Of a stretch of 64,000 nucleotides of DNA, positions 39,352-48,241 are shown in pieces. The position numbers and the translations under genes are program-made. Location of the stretch: positions 10,854-74,853 of the forward strand of contig JASFQB010000008.1 of the NCBI GenBank assembly GCA_050115675.1, given 5' to 3'. Below the pieces are notes generated by a model, which saw nothing but the letters and a program-made list of their open reading frames with translations, did not search any database and was not told the origin of the DNA. This DNA comes from Candidatus Woesebacteria bacterium (lineage in GTDB: Bacteria; Patescibacteriota; Saccharimonadia; Saccharimonadales; EFPC-124). The stretch's first letter is position 1. Every line of letters starts with the position of its first letter.

Positions 39352-40149
39352 ATGAAGATCTACTCCTGGAATGTTAACGGTATTCGCGCAGTTGCTCGCA
39401 AAGATGCTTTTTTGCCTTTTATAAAACAGCATAATCCTGACATAATTTGCTTGCAAGAAACAAAAGCCCAAAAAGGCCAAACGCCAATCGACCTGCCAGA
39501 GTATCACGAATATTGGAGCTCGGCCGAAAAACCAGGCTATTCTGGCACGGCAATTTTTACAAAAATTAAACCCGTGTCTGTAACTCGTGGTTTTCCTTCC
39601 GAATTTGAAGATAAGTACAGTTTTATAGACCAAGCCACACGCAACTCCGCCAAAGAGGGTAGAGTAATTACCGCAGAGTTTAAAGATTTTTATTTAATTA
39701 CAGTTTACACACCCAACACAAAAAGAGATCTAAGCCGCTTGCAATTGCGCAGCGAACATTGGGATCCAGCATTTTTAGCATATTGCAAACAGCTAGAGCA
39801 AATCAAACCTGTGATTTTTTGCGGCGACCTAAACGTAGCGCACACCGATCTTGACCTAGCACGACCCAAAGAAAACGTTGGCAAGGCAGGTTTTACTAAC
39901 GAAGAACGCCAAAGTTTTGACAATTTTATAAAAGCTGGCTTTATTGACACCTTTAGGATTTTTAACAAAAATAACGGCCATTACACTTGGTGGACGCACT
40001 GGGCTAATGCTCGTGCCAACAATGTAGGGTGGCGCATTGACTATTTTTTAGTCTCGCAAGCATTAAAAAATAAAGTAAAAGAGGCAAACATTCACCCAGA
40101 GGTTACGGGGTCTGATCATTGTCCGATAAGCATAAATATTGACGTTTGA
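39352..40149 (+). CDS. xth: Exodeoxyribonuclease III (AP endonuclease)
   Basis: MKIYSWNVNGIRA, CLQETK, GDLNVAH, and C-terminal SDHCPI. Confidence 0.9.
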   Translation: MKIYSWNVNGIRAVARKDAFLPFIKQHNPDIICLQETKAQKGQTPIDLPEYHEYWSSAEKPGYSGTAIFTKIKPVSVTRGFPSEFEDKYSFIDQATRNSAKEGRVITAEFKDFYLITVYTPNTKRDLSRLQLRSEHWDPAFLAYCKQLEQIKPVIFCGDLNVAHTDLDLARPKENVGKAGFTNEERQSFDNFIKAGFIDTFRIFNKNNGHYTWWTHWANARANNVGWRIDYFLVSQALKNKVKEANIHPEVTGSDHCPISINIDV

Positions 40150-40325
40150 TACCTTATACTCCACCTATATTTTCTGGCAGAAAACATTAAAAGTAGCTTT
40201 AATTGGCTAAAATTGACGGAGTTGCTGTCCGCATGCTTTACTTTCGAGTATACGGACAGTACCTAAAAAATACACCAATAGCATTATCCATATTTTTACC
40301 GATAGTTGTATAATAGCTTGTTGGG

Positions 40326-41054
40326 ATGAATACTAATAAACCTATCGCAGTTTTTGACATTGATGGTACATTTTTTAGATCATCACTGTTTTTAGAGTCA
40401 GTAATGGAATTAGACGCCATGGGCGCTATTCCACACGAAATTATAACCGAGATCGAGCCGCACAAGCTTGCTTGGCAACAGCGCGAAGATCAAGAGGCAT
40501 TCAACACCTACATGCGAATGCTCTGCAGTGCTTTTGACAACAAGTACATTACTCAAATTTTGTTAAAAGATTATCTTGAGGCATTAAAACGCGCCGTACA
40601 AAACAAACAAAAATACGTCTATACATATACCAGAGAGCTTGCAAAAAACCTTAGGCAACAAGGCTACACGCCAGTAGCAATATCTGGGTCTCCTCAGGTT
40701 GCCGTAGAACAATTTGCAAAACCATATGGTTTTGAAGTTTTTAGAGGCATGATTTTTGGCGACGACGGTCAGAACCTAACAGAGGTTCTACATATTCCAG
40801 ATAAAGACAAGTCTATCGATTTAACAGACATACTAAAAAAGCACAGGCTGACTCTTGCGGGTTCTGTTGGCATTGGCGACACAGCAGGCGACATTCCTGT
40901 ACTCAACATGGTAGAAAGGCCAATAGCGTTTAACCCCAACAAACAACTTTTTGAGCACGCAAAACAAAAGGGGTGGGAAATAGTAGTAGAGCGCAAAAAC
41001 ATGCACTATCAATTGTCGCCAGGCAAAGCTGGCTCGTATCAGCTGACGTTTTAG
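40326..41054 (+). CDS. HAD-superfamily hydrolase (subfamily IB-like)
   Basis: Motif I AVFDIDGTFF, motif II-like ISGSP, motif IV-like GIGDTAGD. Confidence 0.75.
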   Translation: MNTNKPIAVFDIDGTFFRSSLFLESVMELDAMGAIPHEIITEIEPHKLAWQQREDQEAFNTYMRMLCSAFDNKYITQILLKDYLEALKRAVQNKQKYVYTYTRELAKNLRQQGYTPVAISGSPQVAVEQFAKPYGFEVFRGMIFGDDGQNLTEVLHIPDKDKSIDLTDILKKHRLTLAGSVGIGDTAGDIPVLNMVERPIAFNPNKQLFEHAKQKGWEIVVERKNMHYQLSPGKAGSYQLTF

Positions 41055-41069
41055 TGTAAAATACCTTTT

Positions 41070-41549
41070 ATGATCGAGACTACCATTTTGTTTTTAGTTA
41101 AAGATGGCCAGGTTCTTCTTGCAATGAAGAAGAGAGGCTTTGGTGCTAATCGCTGGAACGGAGTAGGTGGCAAAGTTGATCCTGGCGAGAGCGTTCTACA
41201 AGCTGCAATAAGAGAATGTCGGGAAGAAATTGGCGTAACTCCAACTGAAATTACTAAAGTCGCACATCAAACTTTTCATTTTGCAGACCCCAAACAGGCA
41301 TCCATAGTAAATCACACCTTTATTGCGCACAGTTGGGAAGGCGAGCCACAAGAAACAGAAGAAATGGCTCCTCAGTGGTTTGCCGTCGAAGATATACCCT
41401 ACGATCAAATGTGGGAAGACGACTCCCACTGGCTACCACTCGTGCTTGACGGCAATAAGCTAGTATGTTGTTTTACGTTCGACCCTAACGACAGCATGAC
41501 CGACAAGTCAATTCGAATTGTCGAAGAAAATCACAAACTAATACAATAG
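41070..41549 (+). CDS. NUDIX hydrolase (MutT/8-oxo-dGTP diphosphatase-like)
   Basis: Nudix box GGKVDPGESVLQAAIRECREEIGV. Confidence 0.85.
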   Translation: MIETTILFLVKDGQVLLAMKKRGFGANRWNGVGGKVDPGESVLQAAIRECREEIGVTPTEITKVAHQTFHFADPKQASIVNHTFIAHSWEGEPQETEEMAPQWFAVEDIPYDQMWEDDSHWLPLVLDGNKLVCCFTFDPNDSMTDKSIRIVEENHKLIQ

Positions 41550-41576
41550 CAAAAAAACGGCTTTAACAGCACAAAG

Positions 41577-41607
41577 GGCGGACACAATTGTGTCCGCCAG
41601 TTTTTTA
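41577..41607 (+). terminator. Rho-independent terminator
   Basis: GGCGGACAC (41577-41585) pairs with GTGTCCGCC (41590-41598), followed by AGTTTTTT. Confidence 0.8.
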
Positions 41608-41650
41608 TGTAGGATTATAAAATAACAACTAAAAGTTGTAAAATATAAGT

Positions 41651-42448
41651 ATGTTTGACTACTGGCTAAAACAAACGACCGAAAAACCACTTTTTCCTGA
41701 CATAGAATGGCAAAAACCCGAGCAAAAATCGCTGGCGGGCAAGTTGCTAATTATCGGAGGTAATAAATTGGGTTTTGCAGCAGTAGCACAGGCTTACGAC
41801 GATGCAATAAAAGCGGGTGCAGGAGAATGTAGAGTAATATTACCCGAACCTCTAAAAGCAGTCGTAGATAAGTTAGCGCTTGATTGCATTTACGTCAAAA
41901 GTAATCCATCTGGTGGAATTAGCAAAGAAGCCTTACCTCAAATGCAAGCCGCAGCAGCTTGGGCGGATACAATATTGCTAATTGGCGACATGGGCCGCAA
42001 CAGCGAAACAGCAATAACGCTTGAAATGCTTTTAACAAAAAACAACACGCCCTGCATTATTGCCAGAGATTCAGTAGACCTACTTAAAGGCAATGCGCCT
42101 CAATTACTAAAACGCGACAAAACAATATTTATAGCCACCATTGCACAGCTGCAAAAGATTTTTCAGTCAGTCTACTACCCAAAGGCCATACTTTTTAGCA
42201 TGCCGCTTACAGCACTTGTAGAGGCTTTGCACAAATTCACAATAACTTATTCAGCCACAATTGTAGTATTTCATCAGGGACAATTAATTACTGCTAGCAA
42301 TGGGCGAGTCAGCAGTACGCCTTGGCAAGACCCTTTGATAATTTGGCGCGGCAGCGTAGCAAGCAAAGCTTCAGTTTACGCTATGCAGCACTCTAATGAT
42401 ATTTTTGCAGCTATAACTGCCTCGCTTTATTTAAAAAACAATATTTAA
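41651..42448 (+). CDS. YjeF_C/carbohydrate-kinase-fold protein (NAD(P)H-hydrate dehydratase-like, divergent)
   Basis: GKLLIIGGNKLGFAAVAQAYDDAIKAGAG resembles the YjeF C-terminal domain start. The C-terminal catalytic region is not clearly conserved. Confidence 0.45.
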   Translation: MFDYWLKQTTEKPLFPDIEWQKPEQKSLAGKLLIIGGNKLGFAAVAQAYDDAIKAGAGECRVILPEPLKAVVDKLALDCIYVKSNPSGGISKEALPQMQAAAAWADTILLIGDMGRNSETAITLEMLLTKNNTPCIIARDSVDLLKGNAPQLLKRDKTIFIATIAQLQKIFQSVYYPKAILFSMPLTALVEALHKFTITYSATIVVFHQGQLITASNGRVSSTPWQDPLIIWRGSVASKASVYAMQHSNDIFAAITASLYLKNNI

Positions 42449-42480
42449 AGGGCCTCTAGAAGTATCTAAAGGCCCGCCTG

Positions 42481-43086
42481 CTAACGGCTCTTGTTTGTTA
42501 GTTGCGCTGCAAGATAAAGAATATCCGAATCTTCAACTATCCCTGCGATTCGGCAATAGCATCTTAACGTCGTCCAGAATATCCCCGCATCAACAATGCC
42601 GTCTTGCATCTGAGCACACTCAGCCAGCTGCATCAGGGCCACACTAGGTGTCCTAGAGCGCAAAACCTCTTCTACATCACGAACACTACGCATGTAAACA
42701 ATCTGTGCCTTGCGCCTGCCTGCTGGATTGGCACCAGCTCGATATCTGACATGCTGGCGCGCCAGCTGGCAAACGTTACCAGGCACATTTACCCCAACTT
42801 CACGCAATGACCTAATTGCCAAATCAAAGCTCCACTGCGGCCGATTTGCAATGCCAAATGGATAGGGAACAATACTATACGGAATCGCATATAAAGCCAA
42901 AAGCTGCGCAATATACCCTGGTCGATCACTCACCAAAAAGTAGAAGCCACTGCATCTGCCAAAAACGCGACTACAAATTACATCCTCGGCAAACCCAGAT
43001 TCCACACAAAGCAAATCATCTCGATTAGCACTGATCTCTACGCCTGCAATGTCGTACAGTCGCAAAAACTCTCTAGATCTGAACAT
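42481..43086 (-). CDS. Hypothetical protein (GC-enriched orphan)
   Basis: 201-aa ORF with GGAGG SD. No family recognised. Confidence 0.5.
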   Translation of the reverse strand: MFRSREFLRLYDIAGVEISANRDDLLCVESGFAEDVICSRVFGRCSGFYFLVSDRPGYIAQLLALYAIPYSIVPYPFGIANRPQWSFDLAIRSLREVGVNVPGNVCQLARQHVRYRAGANPAGRRKAQIVYMRSVRDVEEVLRSRTPSVALMQLAECAQMQDGIVDAGIFWTTLRCYCRIAGIVEDSDILYLAAQLTNKSR

Positions 43087-43240
43087 TGTCGCCTCCGTGA
43101 GTAATGGGTCTTATCTGTAAAATACATTATTTATATGCAATATTGCAACTATAAGCTTGTTAACAAATAAAAAACGCGTCGTTCCGCGCAAGGGCAAAAG
43201 CCCAAGCGCGAAACGACGCACAGACGAAACTCAGTTGCGA

Positions 43241-43465
43241 CTAGTAGTCGCTAGTCTCGTCATCCATCTCCGACCCTTCGACATATCCGATGACCAGCGG
43301 GCCTTCAACTTCGTAGTAGCGCCCATTGACGCAGACCACGCAGCGCGCCTGCGAACCGTCTTCGGACACCTCAAGGGTGCCGTCCACGATCACAGGCGCA
43401 GGCTTACCAGCGACCACACACTTGCGCCATGCACCATCGCGACCACCAGGAAAGATTGCAGCCAT
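43241..43465 (-). CDS. 74-aa hypothetical protein in a ~60% GC mini-cassette
   Basis: AGAGG SD; consensus promoter upstream; long hairpin plus T-run downstream (about 43175-43212); acidic C-terminus SEMDDETSDY. Confidence 0.5.
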   Translation of the reverse strand: MAAIFPGGRDGAWRKCVVAGKPAPVIVDGTLEVSEDGSQARCVVCVNGRYYEVEGPLVIGYVEGSEMDDETSDY

Positions 43466-43522
43466 GACTTAACCTCTTTCAAAGTTGGTGCCATTGGAAC
43501 AATCCAAGCAGGATCATTTAGA

Positions 43523-43551
43523 ATTTTAGCACTAATTACCATATTTGTCAA
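43523..43551 (-). promoter_or_regulatory. Consensus sigma70-like promoter for the 74-aa gene
   Basis: On the minus strand: TTGACA (43551-43546), 17-nt spacer, TAAAAT (43528-43523). Confidence 0.55.
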
Positions 43552-43717
43552 TAGCTGAATACATCTATTAGATAAGCCTAAACAGTTCGTGCCCACACAA
43601 AAAGCCCTAAGAATAAACTTAGAGCTTTTATAGTTAAGAATATAATACCTGGCGTCTCTGCATGACGAGACTAGAACCTATTTTGAGGAAAATTGTTGAT
43701 CTGTTACAATCACAAAT

Positions 43718-44485
43718 ATGCTAGTAATTGATGAGGGTTCAATACTCGAACTTATCCTTTGGGTAATTGTTATTTTTGTAGTGATTGGCGTAATTATTTG
43801 GATTATTGGTGCAATTTCGGACGGAATATCCGGCTCAGCTTATGTAGCAAAGGCTGCAGCTCAACAGTCTAAGGATCAGTCTCAAATGAAGGAGATACTA
43901 AATGCTTTGGGTATCCCAAGAAACGGTAAGTTAAGTTCTGATATAGATGAAGATGACTTTATAAGTGCAATAAAGATTTATAACGAAAAGCTAAAAGAAT
44001 TACTTGACCAACAGGATGAAGAGGCAGCCGAGCGTTTAGCAAAGAATTTTTATTCATTAACACAGTTTGATATTTACTTATCTCTGATAAATGACTATAA
44101 GCACGCATACCCTGAAGCCTATGAGAAAGTCTTGGGCAAGAACAATTTCAAGGTTGATTATGGCGATAAATCATTTTTCAAGGTAGATACGACAAAAATC
44201 GTTATTGTTAAAGATGGTACTGAAGCTGTTTGGTATAGTTCGTCCGACGACGAGGAGTACGTTCGTGAAATTGAAGTGTACTCAGGAAAAACCAAAGTCT
44301 TAGATATTACGCTAAAAAGCAGCACAGGCATCTATGATGCTCCCGATTATTCGTTCTTCACTGTGTTCAAGCCAAATGACTGGATTATTGATGTACTTGA
44401 GTTTGGTGAATCTCTAAACGATCAAATTCCAATCACAAAGCAAGAGCGCAAAAATAAGAATACTAGAGAAAGATTATTAGTTTAA
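43718..44485 (+). CDS. Hypothetical membrane-anchored protein (AT-rich)
   Basis: 255-aa ORF with an N-terminal TM helix. GC is visibly lower than its surroundings. No family recognised. Confidence 0.5.
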   Translation: MLVIDEGSILELILWVIVIFVVIGVIIWIIGAISDGISGSAYVAKAAAQQSKDQSQMKEILNALGIPRNGKLSSDIDEDDFISAIKIYNEKLKELLDQQDEEAAERLAKNFYSLTQFDIYLSLINDYKHAYPEAYEKVLGKNNFKVDYGDKSFFKVDTTKIVIVKDGTEAVWYSSSDDEEYVREIEVYSGKTKVLDITLKSSTGIYDAPDYSFFTVFKPNDWIIDVLEFGESLNDQIPITKQERKNKNTRERLLV

Positions 44486-44508
44486 GTCGGTTGTCTTGCT
44501 ATCTGCTT

Positions 44509-44886
44509 TTACAAATTGTGCCATACGAATATACCCATCACCACACCACCAATCAGTGCGCTGAATGCCTGTAAGATAAGAAAAAGAATTGTATACCTAA
44601 TGCTCCTGAAAAATAGTTGTTGGTTGTAGTGGCTTGAAAATGCGTTCTTAAAAAAGCCCTGCATAATATCGCCGTCCGTCAAACCCTCTTTGGCACGCTC
44701 GCCATCTGTTTCTGTACGGCCGTGGCTAATAAGGCTATCTAGCATGGCTATATGTACAAGCAGGTGCATTAGTACGCTTAGGGCCAGTGTCGCCCACGCC
44801 CATTTTAGATATGCCGTATCTACTATGCCACCCTGAAGCCCCAGAAATGTTAGTGACCCCGCGAACGTAACCGTTACTGCCGTCAA
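44509..44886 (-). CDS. Hypothetical membrane protein
   Basis: 125-aa ORF with 3-4 hydrophobic helices. The track start is TTG, so the true start is uncertain. Confidence 0.4.
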   Translation of the reverse strand: MTAVTVTFAGSLTFLGLQGGIVDTAYLKWAWATLALSVLMHLLVHIAMLDSLISHGRTETDGERAKEGLTDGDIMQGFFKNAFSSHYNQQLFFRSIRYTILFLILQAFSALIGGVVMGIFVWHNL

Positions 44887-44888
44887 AA

Positions 44889-44920
44889 GTGCTTTAGAAG
44901 TGCTTTAGAAGTGCTTTGCA
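44889..44920. repeat. Short tandem repeat, 11-nt unit GTGCTTTAGAA x about 2.7
   Basis: Copies at 44889-44899 and 44900-44910, plus a partial copy at 44911-44920. Read directly from the sequence. Confidence 0.8.
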
Positions 44921-45260
44921 ACTCCTCTCCTGCCAACAAAAAAGTTGAGCGCGTATCTATATCCGCCAACTGAAAACGGCGTTTTTTAGTAACATACTTC
45001 TCCAGAGGCGTCTTTTTTTGTAGCCATACCACAAATTATATCTCTAATAACTTCTATTTTCTATCTGCGCTTTAGCGCAGGCGAACCGACAGAAAAACCG
45101 GCTTTTCATTTAGAAAAATAAGGAACGGCGGGGGGAAATCTAAAAAATTCAAAGGCGGTTTTCTGGCGGTGCGCACCCCGACTTGTCGGGGTATGCGGCG
45201 GAGCTTGTGCTTTTCAGGCGTTTTACTCAAAATAGGTTCTAGCCTTGTCGTACAAGGACA

Positions 45261-45299
45261 CCATAGACGGTAAAAAATTGAATTTTTTACCGTCTATGG
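45261..45299 (-). terminator. Perfect 17-bp hairpin immediately 3' of tRNA-Leu
   Basis: CCATAGACGGTAAAAAA (45261-45277) pairs with TTTTTTACCGTCTATGG (45283-45299). One arm includes the encoded CCA of the tRNA. Confidence 0.75.
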
Positions 45300-45383
45300 T
45301 GGGCAAGGAGGGACTCGAACCCTCACGTCCTAATGGACACCAGATTTTGAGTCTAGCGCGTCTACCAATTCCGCCACTCGCCC
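45297..45383 (-). tRNA. tRNA-Leu (anticodon CAA), CCA encoded
   Basis: The reverse complement reads GGGCGAGTGGCGGAATTGGTAGACGCGCTAGACTCAAAATCTGG...GGGTTCGAGTCCCTCCTTGCCCACCA. It has a long variable arm, a 7-bp acceptor stem and anticodon loop CTCAAAA. Confidence 0.9.
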
Positions 45384-45465
45384 ATATACACAAGTCTTAT
45401 ACTCGACTTTAACACTATGCATTATATAATAGATACAGGCATCTGTTCAAGATTACTTTACTTTT

Positions 45466-46623
45466 ATGAAAAATAACAAATTTACGCTACCACAACCTAT
45501 ACCGCTCGAAGAAGAGCCAAACATCACCAGTCAACCCAATACAGCGGCTGATGTTGCACGCCAAAAGGTTACAAAGGCGTATGTTCAATCACCACCAAAT
45601 CAAGCAGACAACAAATCCAGAAACACATTGAGCGACGCAAGTTACAATAGAACATATGCAAATTATGACTGGCAACAATACCACAGCGCTTGGCAGCAGT
45701 ATTACCAGCAATATTACCAAAGGTATTATTTGCAGCAGCTATACACGCAAAGACAAGAAACAATAGCTGCAAAAATAAATGAGGCCAGTTCGAAAGAAGG
45801 CAACAGCACAACTTTAAAAAGTCGCAAGTCCCAAGCCAAAGAATTACGAGGTGAACTTCTTAAAAAAATACAACAAAGAACAAACACAGCGAAAAAGAGT
45901 CGTCATTTTGTGCCAATTTTAAGCGGAATTATCGTAGCTGCCGTATTTTTATTTTTACAGTATAACCGTATTTTAGTTGCCGACGTACAAGCTTACGTTA
46001 GTCCAGGAACTACGATAAACGAGTCTGACACTATTTTAGTTGATCCAACAGCCAATCTTAACGTTGGTTCAGAGTCTAAGCTTATTATTCCAAAGATAAA
46101 TGTAAACATTAAAGTAGTTTACGATGTTACGACGCTAGACGAATCATCTGTGCAAGATGGCCTACGCAAAGGAGTGGTGCACTACAATCTTCCTGGAGCA
46201 AATAGTCTGCCCGGGCAAGTTGGCAACACGGTAATACTGGGTCATTCTAGCAATGATATATTTAATCCTGGTGATTATAAGTTTGCGTTTGTTTTACTAG
46301 ACAGACTACAAACAGATGACATTTTTTACATTCACTACGAAGGCAAACGCTACATTTATAAAGTAGCTGAAAAAAAGATCATAAAGCCATCAGAAATCAG
46401 CGAGCTTAAAATTAGCAACGGCAAGCCAATGGCAACGTTAGTAACATGTACGCCGCTAGGAACCGATACAAACCGCCTGCTTGTAATTGCCGAACAAATT
46501 AGCCCCGACCCAAGCACGGCTCAAATAGCCGAATCAGATGCGCAGGGCAGCTCAGGCGCAACAAGCGTACCTTCGGGGTCTTCGTCGACCTTGCTAAAAA
46601 AAATAATAAACTTCTTCTTTTAG
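45466..46623 (+). CDS. Sortase-family transpeptidase with Gln/Tyr-rich cytoplasmic N-terminal extension
   Basis: Catalytic TLVTCTP motif, upstream ILGHSS histidine context, a TM helix near aa 150-170, and an N-terminal YQQYYQRYYLQQLY low-complexity stretch. Confidence 0.8.
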   Translation: MKNNKFTLPQPIPLEEEPNITSQPNTAADVARQKVTKAYVQSPPNQADNKSRNTLSDASYNRTYANYDWQQYHSAWQQYYQQYYQRYYLQQLYTQRQETIAAKINEASSKEGNSTTLKSRKSQAKELRGELLKKIQQRTNTAKKSRHFVPILSGIIVAAVFLFLQYNRILVADVQAYVSPGTTINESDTILVDPTANLNVGSESKLIIPKINVNIKVVYDVTTLDESSVQDGLRKGVVHYNLPGANSLPGQVGNTVILGHSSNDIFNPGDYKFAFVLLDRLQTDDIFYIHYEGKRYIYKVAEKKIIKPSEISELKISNGKPMATLVTCTPLGTDTNRLLVIAEQISPDPSTAQIAESDAQGSSGATSVPSGSSSTLLKKIINFFF

Positions 46624-46627
46624 GCTA

Positions 46628-48100
46628 TTAGTTACTAACTGTCATGTCAGATCTTTGAAAGCTAAATCCATTCGCATCGCCCCTACCAATGCTAAACAAG
46701 CTTTTACCACCACTACTTAGAGTGACACTTTGCCCCGCTACCACCTGAACGACTTCATTTAAATTGGTGCCATCAAACTCAAAAACATGTAATAGTTCGC
46801 CAGCGGTTGTGTATAGATAAAAATCATCTAACCACCTGTATTGAGCGTTTACCTCTGCACCAATATCTAGGGTTTTGCTATACGATCTAGATTCTTCTAA
46901 ATCATAAGTTGCAAAGGCGCAGTTGTTTTGCGCAACAAGCATGCGACCGTTGCTACTAAAACTAATCCATTTTGGCGACATACCCAAGCTAAACTGCGCA
47001 AATACAGCACTATCTGCCTCGGCGTTATCAGCAGGATCTCTGATAATATTAACATCGTTTGAGCCTTGAACGCCAACCGCCAAGTAATCGTGTCCGTCAT
47101 ACTCGCTATAGTTAAAAACAATCTTGTCATCTAGCAAGTACTTACGTACAACAGTTGGCTGGTTTTTATTCCACACACCCAAGATTTGCCCTGGCTCATT
47201 GCCTGCAATAGAATCATCCGTGGCAACATAGGCAATCTTTTCGTCACCGTAAACAACAAATGAGCTCAGCTTATTCACCAAAACTCCAGAAGCACTTTTA
47301 CTACTTACATCAAGGCGTCTAAGTACGCCGCTTGTGTTGGCAAAGATTATATTTGAACTATTGCCAGAATAATGCGCCTCGGTAATGTTAAATCCAAAAA
47401 CCTTAGTAAGATTAACTGCCTCATTTGGCTTAGAGCGGTCAAGACTTATAAACTCTATAACATCTGCATTTTGATGCTTGAACAAAATATTTTGAGATTT
47501 TAAATCCCATTCGACAACAGTAAACGTACCATAAGAATCGTTCTTTTTAGTTAGCGATGAATCAGGTATTTGAATATCTGTAAATTTTGGCTGCTTTTCA
47601 TCTGATATGTCCGCCAAAACAAATACTGGACTTTTAGATTCTGTTTGCAGCAATACCCAGTGCTTATCAGGTGAAGACAGATTGCTTGAAACATTGCTAA
47701 AATCTCGAGCTACTGAAGTTTTAACATCCTCTGGAATCAAACGAGCATAGTTTAACCAAAGTAGTTCACTACCAGCAAGGTCAAAAGTCTTTGTCCATTC
47801 GTGATAGCCCTGCAACGACATACTTACAGTGTGCTGCCCAGCAAATAAGTTAGCCTTACTTGGCGTACGGGAAGACTGCTTTTGTCCGTCGATATAAACG
47901 TCAGCACTTTCTGGAAAAGTTTTGAATTGCACCAAACCGCCCTGCGCAAAATTAAAATCTTTATCTAAACGATAACCTAGTGCAAAAAAAATCATAATAG
48001 TAGTTATTACCACCGTGCTTATGGTCATTACTCCATAAGTAAAAAATCTTAAAGCTAATTTTGCGCGTTTTGAGGAAAAATCAATATTAAACATATACAT
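46628..48100 (-). CDS. PEGA-domain protein with large C-terminal beta-rich domain, membrane anchored
   Basis: TM helix, then a PEGA-like segment FPESADVYIDGQKQSSRTPSKANLFAGQHTVSMSLQGY. The remainder is repetitive beta-strand-like sequence. Confidence 0.65.
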   Translation of the reverse strand: MYMFNIDFSSKRAKLALRFFTYGVMTISTVVITTIMIFFALGYRLDKDFNFAQGGLVQFKTFPESADVYIDGQKQSSRTPSKANLFAGQHTVSMSLQGYHEWTKTFDLAGSELLWLNYARLIPEDVKTSVARDFSNVSSNLSSPDKHWVLLQTESKSPVFVLADISDEKQPKFTDIQIPDSSLTKKNDSYGTFTVVEWDLKSQNILFKHQNADVIEFISLDRSKPNEAVNLTKVFGFNITEAHYSGNSSNIIFANTSGVLRRLDVSSKSASGVLVNKLSSFVVYGDEKIAYVATDDSIAGNEPGQILGVWNKNQPTVVRKYLLDDKIVFNYSEYDGHDYLAVGVQGSNDVNIIRDPADNAEADSAVFAQFSLGMSPKWISFSSNGRMLVAQNNCAFATYDLEESRSYSKTLDIGAEVNAQYRWLDDFYLYTTAGELLHVFEFDGTNLNEVVQVVAGQSVTLSSGGKSLFSIGRGDANGFSFQRSDMTVSN

Positions 48101-48241
48101 AAGTTGCTATTATTTATAGCACAACTGAGCTTGTGATTACATATTTTTATATAAGCATATGCAAAAAGCTTGCCTAAATTATTAAAGGCTCGTAGTATAT
48201 AATCAGTTAGATGTAAAGAAATTGCGAGATAGTTACAATCA

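Noticed and set aside
43157-43558. 133-aa plus-strand ORF covering the ~60% GC mini-cassette.
   Set aside because: The promoter (TTGACA-17-TAAAAT), the SD and the hairpin plus T-run terminator all serve the minus-strand 74-aa frame. The plus ORF is again explained by the shortage of stop codons in GC-rich DNA.
45100-45200. Fluoride (crcB-type) riboswitch upstream of the 125-aa membrane protein, suggested by an AAAACCGCC segment on the minus strand.
   Set aside because: The rest of the conserved core is absent (no GGxGAUG...CUGAUGAUGCCUAC-like elements). The downstream protein also lacks CrcB-like sequence features.
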